From IMG/VR virus record IMGVR_UViG_3300029258_003649: a stretch of 64,000 bases of DNA; one strand, written 5' to 3'. Source of the stretch: an uncultured virus (IMG/VR IMGVR_UViG_3300029258_003649) (Duplodnaviria > Heunggongvirae > Uroviricota > Caudoviricetes). Positions 18,445 to 27,940 of this stretch are shown piece by piece; position 1 is the stretch's first letter; the number at the start of each line of letters is the position of its first letter. The position numbers and the translations under genes were made by a program. The notes beneath the pieces were generated by a model. It saw only the letters and a list, made by a program, of their open reading frames with translations. It searched no databases and had not been told where the DNA came from.

Positions 18445-18943
18445 CATGTGCGAGGCGTTGCGCATTCTCGGCTATAACGCCATTCACCATGCGCCCGAGC
18501 GCATCCCGCTCGACATCAACCTGGGGCGCGACTTCGCCGTCTACAACGACGTGGACGCCGTCCTCGACGCGCCGGCGTGTTACTTTCAGCGCGAGCTGAC
18601 TCAAGTGTACCAGCCACTGAAATACATCCTCACCGTCCGCGACGACAAGGACTGGTGGGAATCTATCAGAGCGCACTCAGTGCGCATTCTCGAACAGGGC
18701 GATGAGCAGCACGTCGCTTACACCAAGCGGCTGCATGCCATGCTCTTTGGCTGTGAGATCCCACATCGCTGGCTGTACCTGCGGGCCTACCGTCGGCATA
18801 ACCAGCAGATGTGGGAACTCCTGCCGAAACCGCAGACACTGACGATCGATGTGACGAGGGAGGGTTGGGAACCGCTGTGCCGGTTCCTCGGACGCGAAGT
18901 ACCCGACGCACCATTCCCCTGGAACAATAGGCTCGTCTCATGA
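18398..18943 (+). CDS. Sulfotransferase (Sulfotransfer_4-like)
   Basis: ILGVGLPRTGTNSM PAPS loop, ILTVRD..WWES, GWEPLCRFLG..P..PFP. Confidence 0.88.
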   Translation: MLKILGVGLPRTGTNSMCEALRILGYNAIHHAPERIPLDINLGRDFAVYNDVDAVLDAPACYFQRELTQVYQPLKYILTVRDDKDWWESIRAHSVRILEQGDEQHVAYTKRLHAMLFGCEIPHRWLYLRAYRRHNQQMWELLPKPQTLTIDVTREGWEPLCRFLGREVPDAPFPWNNRLVS

Positions 18944-19587
18944 GACGCGACATGGAGTGTAATGCAAATGTCCGGATTGCCGTGCCGGACCGGGGCTTCA
19001 TCTTCGTGGAGACGCCGAAGGTTGCATGCTCGTCCATAAAATTAGCTATTGGAAACAGCGTCGTTGGCGCAAGGACGGAAGCACAGTCGCGGGCGTGGTG
19101 GCAGCCGAAGATGCGCGTCACGCAGGAGCAGGTAGCCAAGAGCGACATGTTCCGATTCGCCGTGGTGCGGAATCCGTTTGACCGACTGGTATCGTGCTGG
19201 TCGGACAAGGTGCGTGCCGGACACTGGGATCCTCCAGACAACAAACGAATGACGTTCCCGCAGCTCGTACACAAGCTGCACGAGTTCAATGTCATCGGCA
19301 ATCGGCACGCAGCACCGATGACACAGCTGCTGACCTACGAGGGGCAGCTGATCATCGATTACGTCCTACGCTTCGAACGGCTCGCCGAGGACTGGGAGCG
19401 ACTGCGTGCGCTGACCGGGCTGGGTCCGTTACCGCACCGTAACCGCAGCAAGCATAAGCCGTACCAGGAGTATTACGACGAGGAGCTTCGCTACATCGTC
19501 TATGGTGCCTACTGGCAAGACCTGGTGAACTTCGGCTACAACTTCGATGGCACGTACACCGACGACGTTCCTTGGATCGTGAGGTGA
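18940..19587 (+). CDS. Sulfotransferase family 2, paralog 1
   Basis: FVETPKVACSSI, VVRNPFDRLVSCW, RFERLAEDW. Confidence 0.88.
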   Translation: MRRDMECNANVRIAVPDRGFIFVETPKVACSSIKLAIGNSVVGARTEAQSRAWWQPKMRVTQEQVAKSDMFRFAVVRNPFDRLVSCWSDKVRAGHWDPPDNKRMTFPQLVHKLHEFNVIGNRHAAPMTQLLTYEGQLIIDYVLRFERLAEDWERLRALTGLGPLPHRNRSKHKPYQEYYDEELRYIVYGAYWQDLVNFGYNFDGTYTDDVPWIVR

Positions 19588-19590
19588 GCT

Positions 19591-20229
19591 ATGGCCAGTT
19601 GGCGTATCTTCATCCCGGAGCTGCAGTGTTTCTACGTCGCCATCTCCAAGAACTGCAGCACGTCGATGGAGCAGTTGCTGATGAATGCGTACGGTGAGCC
19701 CACTTTCGACGCCGAGGACGAGCCGCGCGAGGCGCTGATCGAGTTTATGGCGCCCAGACGCTGTACGCGTGAAGCGATCCTGGAGAGCGCGTTTCCCTCC
19801 TTCACGATCGTCAGAAATCCGTACGACCGGCTGGTGTCAGCCTGGAGCCACCTGACGCGTACCGGGCGCCGTACGAAGGTCTACGACTTCCCGTCCTGTG
19901 TGCGGTGCCTGCACAAGAAGCCGTTTGCGGCGGATAATCACTACCGGCCGCAGATGACGCGCCTGACGTGCGGCGGGAAGCCGATCGTCGACCACATCGT
20001 CCGGTACGAGCGACTCGAGGAGGACTGGGCGAAGCTACAGGATCTGATCGGTATCGGACCGCTGCCGAAGCTGCGGGTGGGGCAGCATGAGCATTACAGC
20101 GAATATTATACGCCGGAGCTGCGGTACATTGCTCAGGGCTTCTACTGGCAAGATCTACAACTCCTGGGATACAATTTCGAAGGCGACTTCACGCCGACGA
20201 TCCCGCTGCTGGAGGCGACACGTGTTTGA
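19591..20229 (+). CDS. Sulfotransferase family 2, paralog 2
   Basis: AISKNCSTSM, IVRNPYDRLVSAW, HYRPQ, RYERLEEDW. Confidence 0.88.
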   Translation: MASWRIFIPELQCFYVAISKNCSTSMEQLLMNAYGEPTFDAEDEPREALIEFMAPRRCTREAILESAFPSFTIVRNPYDRLVSAWSHLTRTGRRTKVYDFPSCVRCLHKKPFAADNHYRPQMTRLTCGGKPIVDHIVRYERLEEDWAKLQDLIGIGPLPKLRVGQHEHYSEYYTPELRYIAQGFYWQDLQLLGYNFEGDFTPTIPLLEATRV

Positions 20230-20887
20230 TTGGCAAAACACCAATATCGTGGCAGTGCCCGAGCTGGGCACAGCATTCATGTCGATGCCGAAGTGCGCCG
20301 GCTCGTCTGTGCGTGCCGGCCTGATGCGCAAGCTCGATCCGGAGAACTGGCATAAGCAAGGCCATCTGGATCGCTGGGTGTCGTTGCACTACTACAGCCG
20401 CGGCCAGATGCGTGAGAGCTCTCTGTTCCGTTTCAGCGTCGTGCGGAACCCGTTCGACCGCCTGGTGTCCTGCTGGGCCAACCGTGTGCGCGGAGGGCAC
20501 TTAGCTGGCCCACGGGGCAAAGAGTGGACGTTTGAGGAGTTTGTGCACCTGCTGCACACCCGCGCGCTCCGGAACGACCGACACATTGCACCGCAGACCT
20601 GGATGCTGTTGGACCGGGAACAGCCGCTCGTCGACCACCTGTTGCGGTTTGAGACGCTGGCGGAGGACTGGAAAGTCATACAGGACTATTGCGGCTTGGC
20701 GCCGCTGAAACACCTGAACAAAAGCGAACACGACCACTACCAGACGTATTACACCGACGAGCTCCGCTACATAGTCCATGGCTTGTACTGGCAAGACCTT
20801 AGGCTCTTGGGATATAATTTTGAAGGCGACTTCACGCCGACGATCCCGTTGATGGAGGACCGAGATGAAATATCTGCAGTTCCTTGA
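20222..20887 (+). CDS. Sulfotransferase family 2, paralog 3
   Basis: MPKCAGSSV, VVRNPFDRLVSCW, HIAPQ; GTG start with GGAGG SD. Confidence 0.88.
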   Translation: MFDWQNTNIVAVPELGTAFMSMPKCAGSSVRAGLMRKLDPENWHKQGHLDRWVSLHYYSRGQMRESSLFRFSVVRNPFDRLVSCWANRVRGGHLAGPRGKEWTFEEFVHLLHTRALRNDRHIAPQTWMLLDREQPLVDHLLRFETLAEDWKVIQDYCGLAPLKHLNKSEHDHYQTYYTDELRYIVHGLYWQDLRLLGYNFEGDFTPTIPLMEDRDEISAVP

Positions 20888-22316
20888 TTTCGAGCTGGGC
20901 CGCGAGTGCAACCTCGCCGATAAGCACAAGATGTGCCCCACCAGCCACCCGGAACGCTACTCGCACATGTCGACCGAACGCGAGCTCGACGACGACACGA
21001 TCGTAGAGATCGCTGTCCGCGCGTACAGGGAGTTCGAGTTCCGCGGCCTGATCGGCTGGCACTACTACAACGAGCCGCTGCTCCAGAAGGAGCGGATCTT
21101 CCGGCTGATCCGGCGTATCAAAGAGCTGGTGCCGCAGGCGCGCTTCATGCTCTGGACCAACGGCGAACTGATCAGCCGAGGCGCCCAGGAGCTGGCCGTC
21201 TTCGAGAAGGTCTGGATCACCAACTACCGGAAGCGCAACTTCGAGCGCGTCAAGAAGATCGTGCCACAGACCACGATCATCCCAGCACGTTTCGATAAGC
21301 GGAAGACCAACGTGGATGTCGTCGTCAACGACCGACGTCCGTGCGTACGCCCGTACGCCGAGATGATCGTCGATTTCTACGGCAACGTGCACATCTGCTG
21401 CATGGACTGGAAGGGGCTGGCCAGCCCGGGCAACGTCTACGAGCAATCGCTCGAGGAGATCGTCGACAAGCTCGGGCGAACCCGCAACACCGTCGCAGGC
21501 TGGACGATGAAGGAGAACGCCCCAGCCGCCTGCAAGCGCTGCAACATGCGCTTCGACGAGTTGATGCCGGACTTCGACCAGGAGATCTGCCGTGAGCAGC
21601 AGATGCACCGCGACTGGGCTGCCACATGGAGCCTGCCGACGCGTGACGTAGCCGTAGTGCTGACGTCCTACAAGGTGCCCACGCGGCGCTTACACGAGCA
21701 TTTCCAGTGGAACCACGCCATCTACGAGCACCTGGGCTGCAAAGTCTACGTCGTAGCCGACCAGGAGTACAAGCTGCCCGACTATGCGACGCCGGTCGTG
21801 TACCCGCACGAGATGCCGGTGTTCAACCTGGCCAAGACCAGCAACTTCGGTATCCAGCACGCCATCAAGCAGGGCCACGAGGTCATCATCAAGAGCGATG
21901 TCGATGTCTGCTTCCCGGCGGAGGCGGCCGAGCGGATGCAGCGGTGCACCGACAACGAGTGCATCATCCCGCTCTACCTGATGGCGATGAACTATCCGGA
22001 GCGGCGATGGAACTACGTCCCGGCACCAAAGGCCGAGGGCACCATCGTCATGAGCGCCGACAACTGGGACAAGCTCCGTTACGACGAGCGGTGCGAGGGC
22101 TACGGAGCCGAGGACGGCATCATGGTCCACGACATCAACAAGCTGAAGCTGCCGATCAACAGGGCGCACCTGGTCTGGCACATCGCACACGTACCGAACA
22201 CACCGCAGGCGGAGTTCAAGGGTCGCCACGACCACTGGGGCCGGGACACCGGGTTCAACCCCGATAAGCTCAAGGACAACATGCAGTTCCACCCCAAGCG
22301 AAGAAAGAAGAAGTAG
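20865..22316 (+). CDS. Radical SAM/SPASM-like domain fused to a GT2-like glycosyltransferase
   Basis: CNLADKHKMCP, YNEPLL, TNG, CVRP...GNVHICCMD...GNV..QSLEEI...CKRC; C-terminal half FNLAKTSNFG, SDVD, YDERCEGYGAED. Confidence 0.8.
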   Translation: MKYLQFLDFELGRECNLADKHKMCPTSHPERYSHMSTERELDDDTIVEIAVRAYREFEFRGLIGWHYYNEPLLQKERIFRLIRRIKELVPQARFMLWTNGELISRGAQELAVFEKVWITNYRKRNFERVKKIVPQTTIIPARFDKRKTNVDVVVNDRRPCVRPYAEMIVDFYGNVHICCMDWKGLASPGNVYEQSLEEIVDKLGRTRNTVAGWTMKENAPAACKRCNMRFDELMPDFDQEICREQQMHRDWAATWSLPTRDVAVVLTSYKVPTRRLHEHFQWNHAIYEHLGCKVYVVADQEYKLPDYATPVVYPHEMPVFNLAKTSNFGIQHAIKQGHEVIIKSDVDVCFPAEAAERMQRCTDNECIIPLYLMAMNYPERRWNYVPAPKAEGTIVMSADNWDKLRYDERCEGYGAEDGIMVHDINKLKLPINRAHLVWHIAHVPNTPQAEFKGRHDHWGRDTGFNPDKLKDNMQFHPKRRKKK

Positions 22317-23126
22317 ATGCCACTCACGATTCTGGTCGCTAGCGTCAACTATAGCGACTTCCTGCGGCTCACTCTGCCGACGCTGACGCCGTTCGGTAAG
22401 GTCTACGTTGTCACCTCGTGGGACGACCCAGCAACCAAAGAGGTGGCGCACGCCAACGGTGCCGCCGTTTGCTACACCGACTCTTGGTACAAGGACGGCG
22501 CGACGTTCAATAAGGCCGCGGCGCTCAACGACGCCCTGCGACTGGCCGCCGACGACGAACCACTCGACTGGGTCCTGTCACTCGACAGTGATATCATGCT
22601 GCCACCGCCGAAGCCGGGCTCCGCGCCGCTCGAAACGCTGCATCCGGCCAAGATGTACGGCGTCAGGCGGCTCGATTGCATCGACATGGAGACGTTCGAG
22701 CGGTGCAACACCGAGGGCGGCTGGTTCGATCTGCCTATGATCCCGCTGCCGAGCATCTTCAGTACGCCGAAGGGTCCGCGGTTGTGGGGGCACCGGCTGA
22801 CAGCCAATCCGATCGCCGTGCAAGGCTACTTCCAGCTCTGGAACCAGGACTACTGGGGCCGCGAGTTCAAGGAGTATTCGACGGCAGCGCATTATGACGT
22901 TGAATTCGCGCTGCGTTGGGCCGATACTGATCGTATGCTGATCCCGTGGCCGGACTACACCGCCGTGCACCTGGGAGAGGCCAGGCTCAACTGGAAAGGA
23001 CGCACCACGCCGGAGTTTGCCACGTCAGAACTGGACTATCCGGCGTTCTGTCGAGCAGCTGAGGAGCATTATCGTGATCAGAGTCAAAAGGCGGCTGATT
23101 CGGTTCGGCGGACAGCCGATTCGTAA
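22317..23126 (+). CDS. GT-A fold glycosyltransferase
   Basis: SVNYSDFL, FNKAAALN, WVLSLDSDI (DxD), GYFQLW. Confidence 0.8.
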   Translation: MPLTILVASVNYSDFLRLTLPTLTPFGKVYVVTSWDDPATKEVAHANGAAVCYTDSWYKDGATFNKAAALNDALRLAADDEPLDWVLSLDSDIMLPPPKPGSAPLETLHPAKMYGVRRLDCIDMETFERCNTEGGWFDLPMIPLPSIFSTPKGPRLWGHRLTANPIAVQGYFQLWNQDYWGREFKEYSTAAHYDVEFALRWADTDRMLIPWPDYTAVHLGEARLNWKGRTTPEFATSELDYPAFCRAAEEHYRDQSQKAADSVRRTADS

Positions 23127-23892
23127 GCAGTACAGGTTTCCCTGCATCATCCAGGTCTGCTTCAAGCACGGGCTGTGCAACCGGCTCCGTGGTTGGGGCA
23201 GTATCGGTGCGCTCGCTGACCTCGACAACATCCCGTTCATCGTCTGTTGGCGGCGCGACGGGGAGTGCCAGAGCAACTTCACGGATCTATTCGTGCCCTG
23301 GCGCTGCATTCCGGGGCCGTTGGCAGCCCGGGCGCACTTCAAGCGCCCGCTGGTGTTCGCCGGCGGCTGCCGATCGCTGTACTCCGGCGTGAACTGGCCC
23401 TGCAGCTACCGGCGGTTCACCCGCGGACGCAACGCGGAGTTCGACGAGAAGGTCGCGGAGCGCTGGCGCAACCTCAAGCTCCGCGACGAGTACCAGCAGT
23501 CCGTCGACGACTTCATGCGCAGGGTGCCAGATGACGTAGTGGGCGTGCATGTGCGCCGTACCGATCTGCTGAAGCGGCACGAGAACTCCGACGGGATCCT
23601 GTGCGACCGCCTCGACGCAGAGATCGAGAAGAATCCAGACATACAATTTCTGCTGTGTGCCGACAACCCCGCCAGCGTCCGGCTGCTGCAAGAGCGCTAC
23701 GGCGATCGCATGCACTGGCGCAAGCAATGGCTGAAAGAGGGTTGGCGAAAGCACCAGCGCAACGGTCCGATCTCCGAGGCGGCAGTCGATCTCTTCTGCC
23801 TTGCCCGGACGACCCGGATCATCGGGACACACCGATCGTCTTTTTCACTTTTCGCGTCCCGTCTCGGCGGGATCAAGGTAGACCGTATTTAG
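23074..23892 (+). CDS. Fucosyltransferase-like glycosyltransferase (GT11/O-FucT-like); start uncertain
   Basis: GLCNRLR, VGVHVRRTD, LCADN, DLFCLA...IGT..SSFS. Confidence 0.8.
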   Translation: MIRVKRRLIRFGGQPIRKQYRFPCIIQVCFKHGLCNRLRGWGSIGALADLDNIPFIVCWRRDGECQSNFTDLFVPWRCIPGPLAARAHFKRPLVFAGGCRSLYSGVNWPCSYRRFTRGRNAEFDEKVAERWRNLKLRDEYQQSVDDFMRRVPDDVVGVHVRRTDLLKRHENSDGILCDRLDAEIEKNPDIQFLLCADNPASVRLLQERYGDRMHWRKQWLKEGWRKHQRNGPISEAAVDLFCLARTTRIIGTHRSSFSLFASRLGGIKVDRI

Positions 23893-23900
23893 GAGGACAA

Positions 23901-24557
23901 ATGTCAGAACAAGTCTTAGTCGTGCCGGAAGAGGTGGCGTTCGAGAACGGCCAGCCCAACGGGTTCAGCTCATGTCTGGACTCCTTTTGGCAAATCTTTG
24001 ACGAGAAGAACCAACTGTTCATGGACAGGGAGGAGGCTGAGGAGAACCCAAAGTTCAAGCAGCTGATCCCGTACGTGATCATACAACGAGGCGACCTGTG
24101 CTTTTCGTATTACCGAGGTAAGGTGCAGGGCGAGAAGCGTTTGCATGGTAAGCGCAGCGTCGGGGTCGGTGGGCACATCAACCCGATCGACGACTACGAC
24201 GTGAAGTACGACCGCTACACCGCAGCCGTGCTCCGTGAACTCAACGAGGAGATCCGATTCCAGCCACCGGCTACGTATTGGAGCTTCCCTCCGATTGGGG
24301 TTATCTACGACGGCAAGGACGACGTTGGCCAGGTGCACCTCGGCGTCGTCCACAAGCTGATCCTGCCACTGTCCTGTAGTCCTACAGGTTTCGAGGACGG
24401 CATTCTGTCCCCAACGTTCCTCGCGGCTTCAGAGCTCGAAGCCAAAGCGGAAGATTTTGAAGGATGGAGCCAGAGCTGTCTGGAGCACGGGCTGTGCCGT
24501 CCGTCGTTCCAGATCCCGCGTAACCCATTGTTTGACGACCCACCATGTTTCGATTGA
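23901..24557 (+). CDS. NUDIX-like phosphoesterase (COG4112 type)
   Basis: REEAEENPKFKQLIPY, EKRLHGKRSVGVGGHIN, RELNEEI, VHLG; AGGAGG SD. Confidence 0.85.
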   Translation: MSEQVLVVPEEVAFENGQPNGFSSCLDSFWQIFDEKNQLFMDREEAEENPKFKQLIPYVIIQRGDLCFSYYRGKVQGEKRLHGKRSVGVGGHINPIDDYDVKYDRYTAAVLRELNEEIRFQPPATYWSFPPIGVIYDGKDDVGQVHLGVVHKLILPLSCSPTGFEDGILSPTFLAASELEAKAEDFEGWSQSCLEHGLCRPSFQIPRNPLFDDPPCFD

Positions 24558-26989
24558 TTCGGCGCTGGTTTCGGCGCCGTCGCTACAAGATCCAGGTACC
24601 GTGCGGCGGCGAGGAGATCTCTGGCCTGACCAGCGTGACTGTCTGGACCGACTGGGTACCTGTAACAACCAACCGCCGTACGACAAAGTGGCTCCACACC
24701 GCTGTCGAACAGGCGGAGCGATTAACACGCCTTGATGGCGATGACGGCAGTGTGCCGTATCAAGCTGCGCGAGTCGTCGATGCGCATGACGAGTCGCGTG
24801 TCTTCTACACATTTACAGAGCCCCACCCGGCTTACGACATGGTCGTGGACCAGTGGGGCAACGGTACGGTGGATAACCCAATTATCCACCGTATCGTAGT
24901 ACATGAAGAGGAGCTGGACCCGGCGCCTGACGAAATCCATCGTTACACGCCTGGCGTACCGCCGCACCTCGACGAGCTGGCGATAATCTCTGGCTTCCTT
25001 GAGGAGCACGGCCGCAACTGGGCCTGGGTGCGCCAGCTGGTAGAGTACCACTGCGCGCGTACGCGTGCCGAGCAGGAGGACACACGCGTCCGCAACGAGG
25101 GCATGTCCGTGCCCGGCATACCTGACGGCTTAGCCACCGACGTCGACAACCGGCAGGCGATACGTCGGTGCGAAGACAGCACGTGCCGCCACGGCGATGG
25201 CCGATGGGTGCTGCAACAGCGGTACCAGGACTCTGGCTGGGAGACGTTGGTCGCCCAGCGCAACGGCCGCGAGGTCGCGTGGACGTATAACTACCTGGGC
25301 GAAGCCTTGCGTACTGCGGAGCTGATGTCGCGCGATGCCCTCATCTATGGCATGGTGCGCGTCTGCGACATGCTGAGCACCTTCGTCTACGAGTTCAGTG
25401 CCGGGCATGCACAGTACGTCGTCGACCGTACGGCCCGTCATCCGGCGGAGTTTACCATCTATACGTATGCCGAGTCAGTTGATGCCCGTGTGGTTGTCGA
25501 CATCATTACGCAACCCGAGGCCGAAACTTCGGAGCGTATAGGTACTGACGATACGCCGCAGGAAGAGATGCAGGAGGTATACGGCCAGCGTCGTGGGCGT
25601 AGCGGAGATATGTTGCATCGCAATACCGCCCGTTACGGCACGATCGAACAGGTCAGTCCATATCAGGATGCGCGTTACCAGGTGCTTGCGTGGGACGGCG
25701 CGGAATGGATCGAAACCGGCTTCGGTTATCGTCGGATCCTTGACGCATTGCTCGAGACTGAGCAACTCTCACGTGACGAGCACTCTAATAACCTGCGTGT
25801 CATGGATACGCATCGCACCGGCAGCGGGATCATCTGGACGTTTACCGGCGGCCATGCCCCGGAGCGCTGGTTCTGGAACGATGCTGAGGACCACTTCATG
25901 CTGGTCCGGCCGCACGGGCGCGCAGACGGCACCGATGCCGTACTCACCGAGTTCCGTCACGAGGTGGTGCGTGAGGTCCACAGCCTCGACGATGACGTCA
26001 TTGCGCGGCGCAGGGATCGACTGGACCCGCGTAACTGGTTCCAGTATCCAGAGTCGCTTACCATCGGTCAGTGGGAGCAGGTTCGCACGATCGTCAATAT
26101 CTCCCGTCAGCGTTGGCGGGAGATCTCCGAGGCGATAACCAGTGATCACGGTCCGCAGGCCGAGCAACTCATGCGAGAGGAGCTGGCCGTTGCGCTACAA
26201 CAGGAGCAACACCCTGACCGCGGGGACCTTGTAAATGAGTTTGTATACCACCGACTCATCCAAGACCCAGTGATCCTCACGGCCGACCAAGCCGACGTAG
26301 ACGCTGTACTCGCGCCCAACTTCGAGGGTACGCATCCGCCGGAAGGGCTGGCTTACAATGCGGTAACAGTCGGCGAGATAGAGGAGTCCATGCGCGCCGC
26401 GATCGAGAACCGCTCGGAGAACGATCGCGTATTCGTGTTCGACTCGATGGGCGGTGAGCTGCCTGAGAACGCGCAGGTCGTTGGTGAGTTGCAGGACGGC
26501 ACTCCGGTCGTATCGGTCGAGGTGCCTCGTTCAGCAGTCGAGCCAGAGCCGGAGGTCGAGCCTGTGCAATCGGGCTCTGACTGGCGCCGCGACCTCTCGA
26601 TCGCGGCGCAGAACCGCGTGCGGGAGGAGCGCGAAGCCGAGGATCGCCGCCGCGAGGCTGCACGTCGGCGTCGTCAGACAGATCGCGAACGTCGCGAAGC
26701 TGAGCGCGCCCGCGAGGTCCGCGTTGACCGCGGGGCCCGCGTTGACCGCGGCGCCGGCAGTTTGGGTGTTACCGGCGTGTTCAGTTCTCGGATGACACTG
26801 GACGACATGCCGCAGGAGCTTCGGGACCGTCTCGAAGCGCTGGAAGAGTTTGCACGCAGCTTGGGCGCCGCCCCCGGCGAAACGCCAGACCGCCGCCCCA
26901 GAGGTATCCGACTAGACCGCAATGGAGGGGATAATGACGTGGTTTCTGGCGATTCTGTCGATAATAGCGATGGAGCTGACAGTTCGTAA
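24545..26989 (+). CDS. Large lysine-depleted hypothetical protein with three internal repeats
   Basis: 814 aa with only 2 Lys; repeated W...A...AE.L[ST]R...RV.D unit; C-terminal RRPRGIRL. Confidence 0.75.
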   Translation: MFRLIRRWFRRRRYKIQVPCGGEEISGLTSVTVWTDWVPVTTNRRTTKWLHTAVEQAERLTRLDGDDGSVPYQAARVVDAHDESRVFYTFTEPHPAYDMVVDQWGNGTVDNPIIHRIVVHEEELDPAPDEIHRYTPGVPPHLDELAIISGFLEEHGRNWAWVRQLVEYHCARTRAEQEDTRVRNEGMSVPGIPDGLATDVDNRQAIRRCEDSTCRHGDGRWVLQQRYQDSGWETLVAQRNGREVAWTYNYLGEALRTAELMSRDALIYGMVRVCDMLSTFVYEFSAGHAQYVVDRTARHPAEFTIYTYAESVDARVVVDIITQPEAETSERIGTDDTPQEEMQEVYGQRRGRSGDMLHRNTARYGTIEQVSPYQDARYQVLAWDGAEWIETGFGYRRILDALLETEQLSRDEHSNNLRVMDTHRTGSGIIWTFTGGHAPERWFWNDAEDHFMLVRPHGRADGTDAVLTEFRHEVVREVHSLDDDVIARRRDRLDPRNWFQYPESLTIGQWEQVRTIVNISRQRWREISEAITSDHGPQAEQLMREELAVALQQEQHPDRGDLVNEFVYHRLIQDPVILTADQADVDAVLAPNFEGTHPPEGLAYNAVTVGEIEESMRAAIENRSENDRVFVFDSMGGELPENAQVVGELQDGTPVVSVEVPRSAVEPEPEVEPVQSGSDWRRDLSIAAQNRVREEREAEDRRREAARRRRQTDRERREAERAREVRVDRGARVDRGAGSLGVTGVFSSRMTLDDMPQELRDRLEALEEFARSLGAAPGETPDRRPRGIRLDRNGGDNDVVSGDSVDNSDGADSS

Positions 26990-27179
26990 GATCTGGTGGG
27001 CGTGGGGTTTAACCCTCCTCAACCAGGTTTTCTGGGCATTTTACCTGCTTGACACCGAGCAGTATGGTCTGCTATTATTGACAGCAGCCATGACCATACA
27101 GGCTTTACGTGGTATGCGTAAGTGGTGGAAGGACAGCCATTCCAATCTTGTTTCCATGAATAAAAAGGGGAACGCGTGA
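26934..27179 (+). CDS. Small PnuC/SemiSWEET-like membrane protein
   Basis: Three short TM segments, RKIWWAW...NQVFW...QYGL; GGAGG SD. Confidence 0.7.
   Translation: MTWFLAILSIIAMELTVRKIWWAWGLTLLNQVFWAFYLLDTEQYGLLLLTAAMTIQALRGMRKWWKDSHSNLVSMNKKGNA
27148..27163. promoter_or_regulatory. parS-like site, variant TTGTTTCCATGAATAA
   Basis: 25-nt exact match with 11914-11938. Confidence 0.55.
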
Positions 27180-27940
27180 AGCGTCAGCCACTTTTCAGGG
27201 ACAAGCTAATCGTCTGGATCAACTCTGCAAGTCTTGAGCGATCTGTCGCGATCGCTCGGGACTTGCGGGGTTGTTCTAAGACGGCCCTCGTGAGTCCGAC
27301 CTTTTTTTTAGCTAATGGACCTCATGGGGTGCGGTGTTTCTTTGAGCTTGGAATCCCGGACGTGATCCTCGACATGAGGATCTTAGGCGACTCGAAGGAG
27401 ATCTGGCAGTGTACCACCGCAGCAGCAGTCCACGGAGCGAAGGCCATTTCAGTTCACGCCCTGGCGGGGACGAAGGGACTGGAGATGGCGCTGGAGGCCG
27501 CGGAAGCCAGCAAGCAGATGACATACAAAGTGCGGAGACCTTTGATCCTTGGGAGCCTACTTCCGGCATCCATGGACGATGCCACGATCATCGACGATCT
27601 TGGTCTAAGAGAGCGAAGAAGCAAACACGTGGAGCGCCTGGCGCGGAGAATCATCACCGTGGGCGCCGACGGAATCATCGCAGAGTATGAAGACATCAAG
27701 ACGATCAGACGGGTGAGTAGACGGATACCTCTGTTCATTTTCTCACAACGGGCCGCGAACAACTTTGCAGAGGTGCAGCATCCAGAGGACGCAGAACTGG
27801 CCGGCATCACGGAGATACTCGAAGCCAAGGCCGACCATGTCATATTTGATTCGACATTCGTTGAGCGGACGGACGTCGAATGGGCAGCGGACTTGATCAA
27901 CAAAGAGTTAGAGCCTTTCAAGGCTCGGGAGAAGGTGTAG
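27176..27940 (+). CDS. pyrF: Degenerate orotidine-5'-phosphate decarboxylase-like protein (catalytic Lys missing)
   Basis: VILDMRILGD in place of DxKxxD; ISVHALAG...LEAA; EAKADHVI. Confidence 0.6.
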   Translation: MKRQPLFRDKLIVWINSASLERSVAIARDLRGCSKTALVSPTFFLANGPHGVRCFFELGIPDVILDMRILGDSKEIWQCTTAAAVHGAKAISVHALAGTKGLEMALEAAEASKQMTYKVRRPLILGSLLPASMDDATIIDDLGLRERRSKHVERLARRIITVGADGIIAEYEDIKTIRRVSRRIPLFIFSQRAANNFAEVQHPEDAELAGITEILEAKADHVIFDSTFVERTDVEWAADLINKELEPFKAREKV

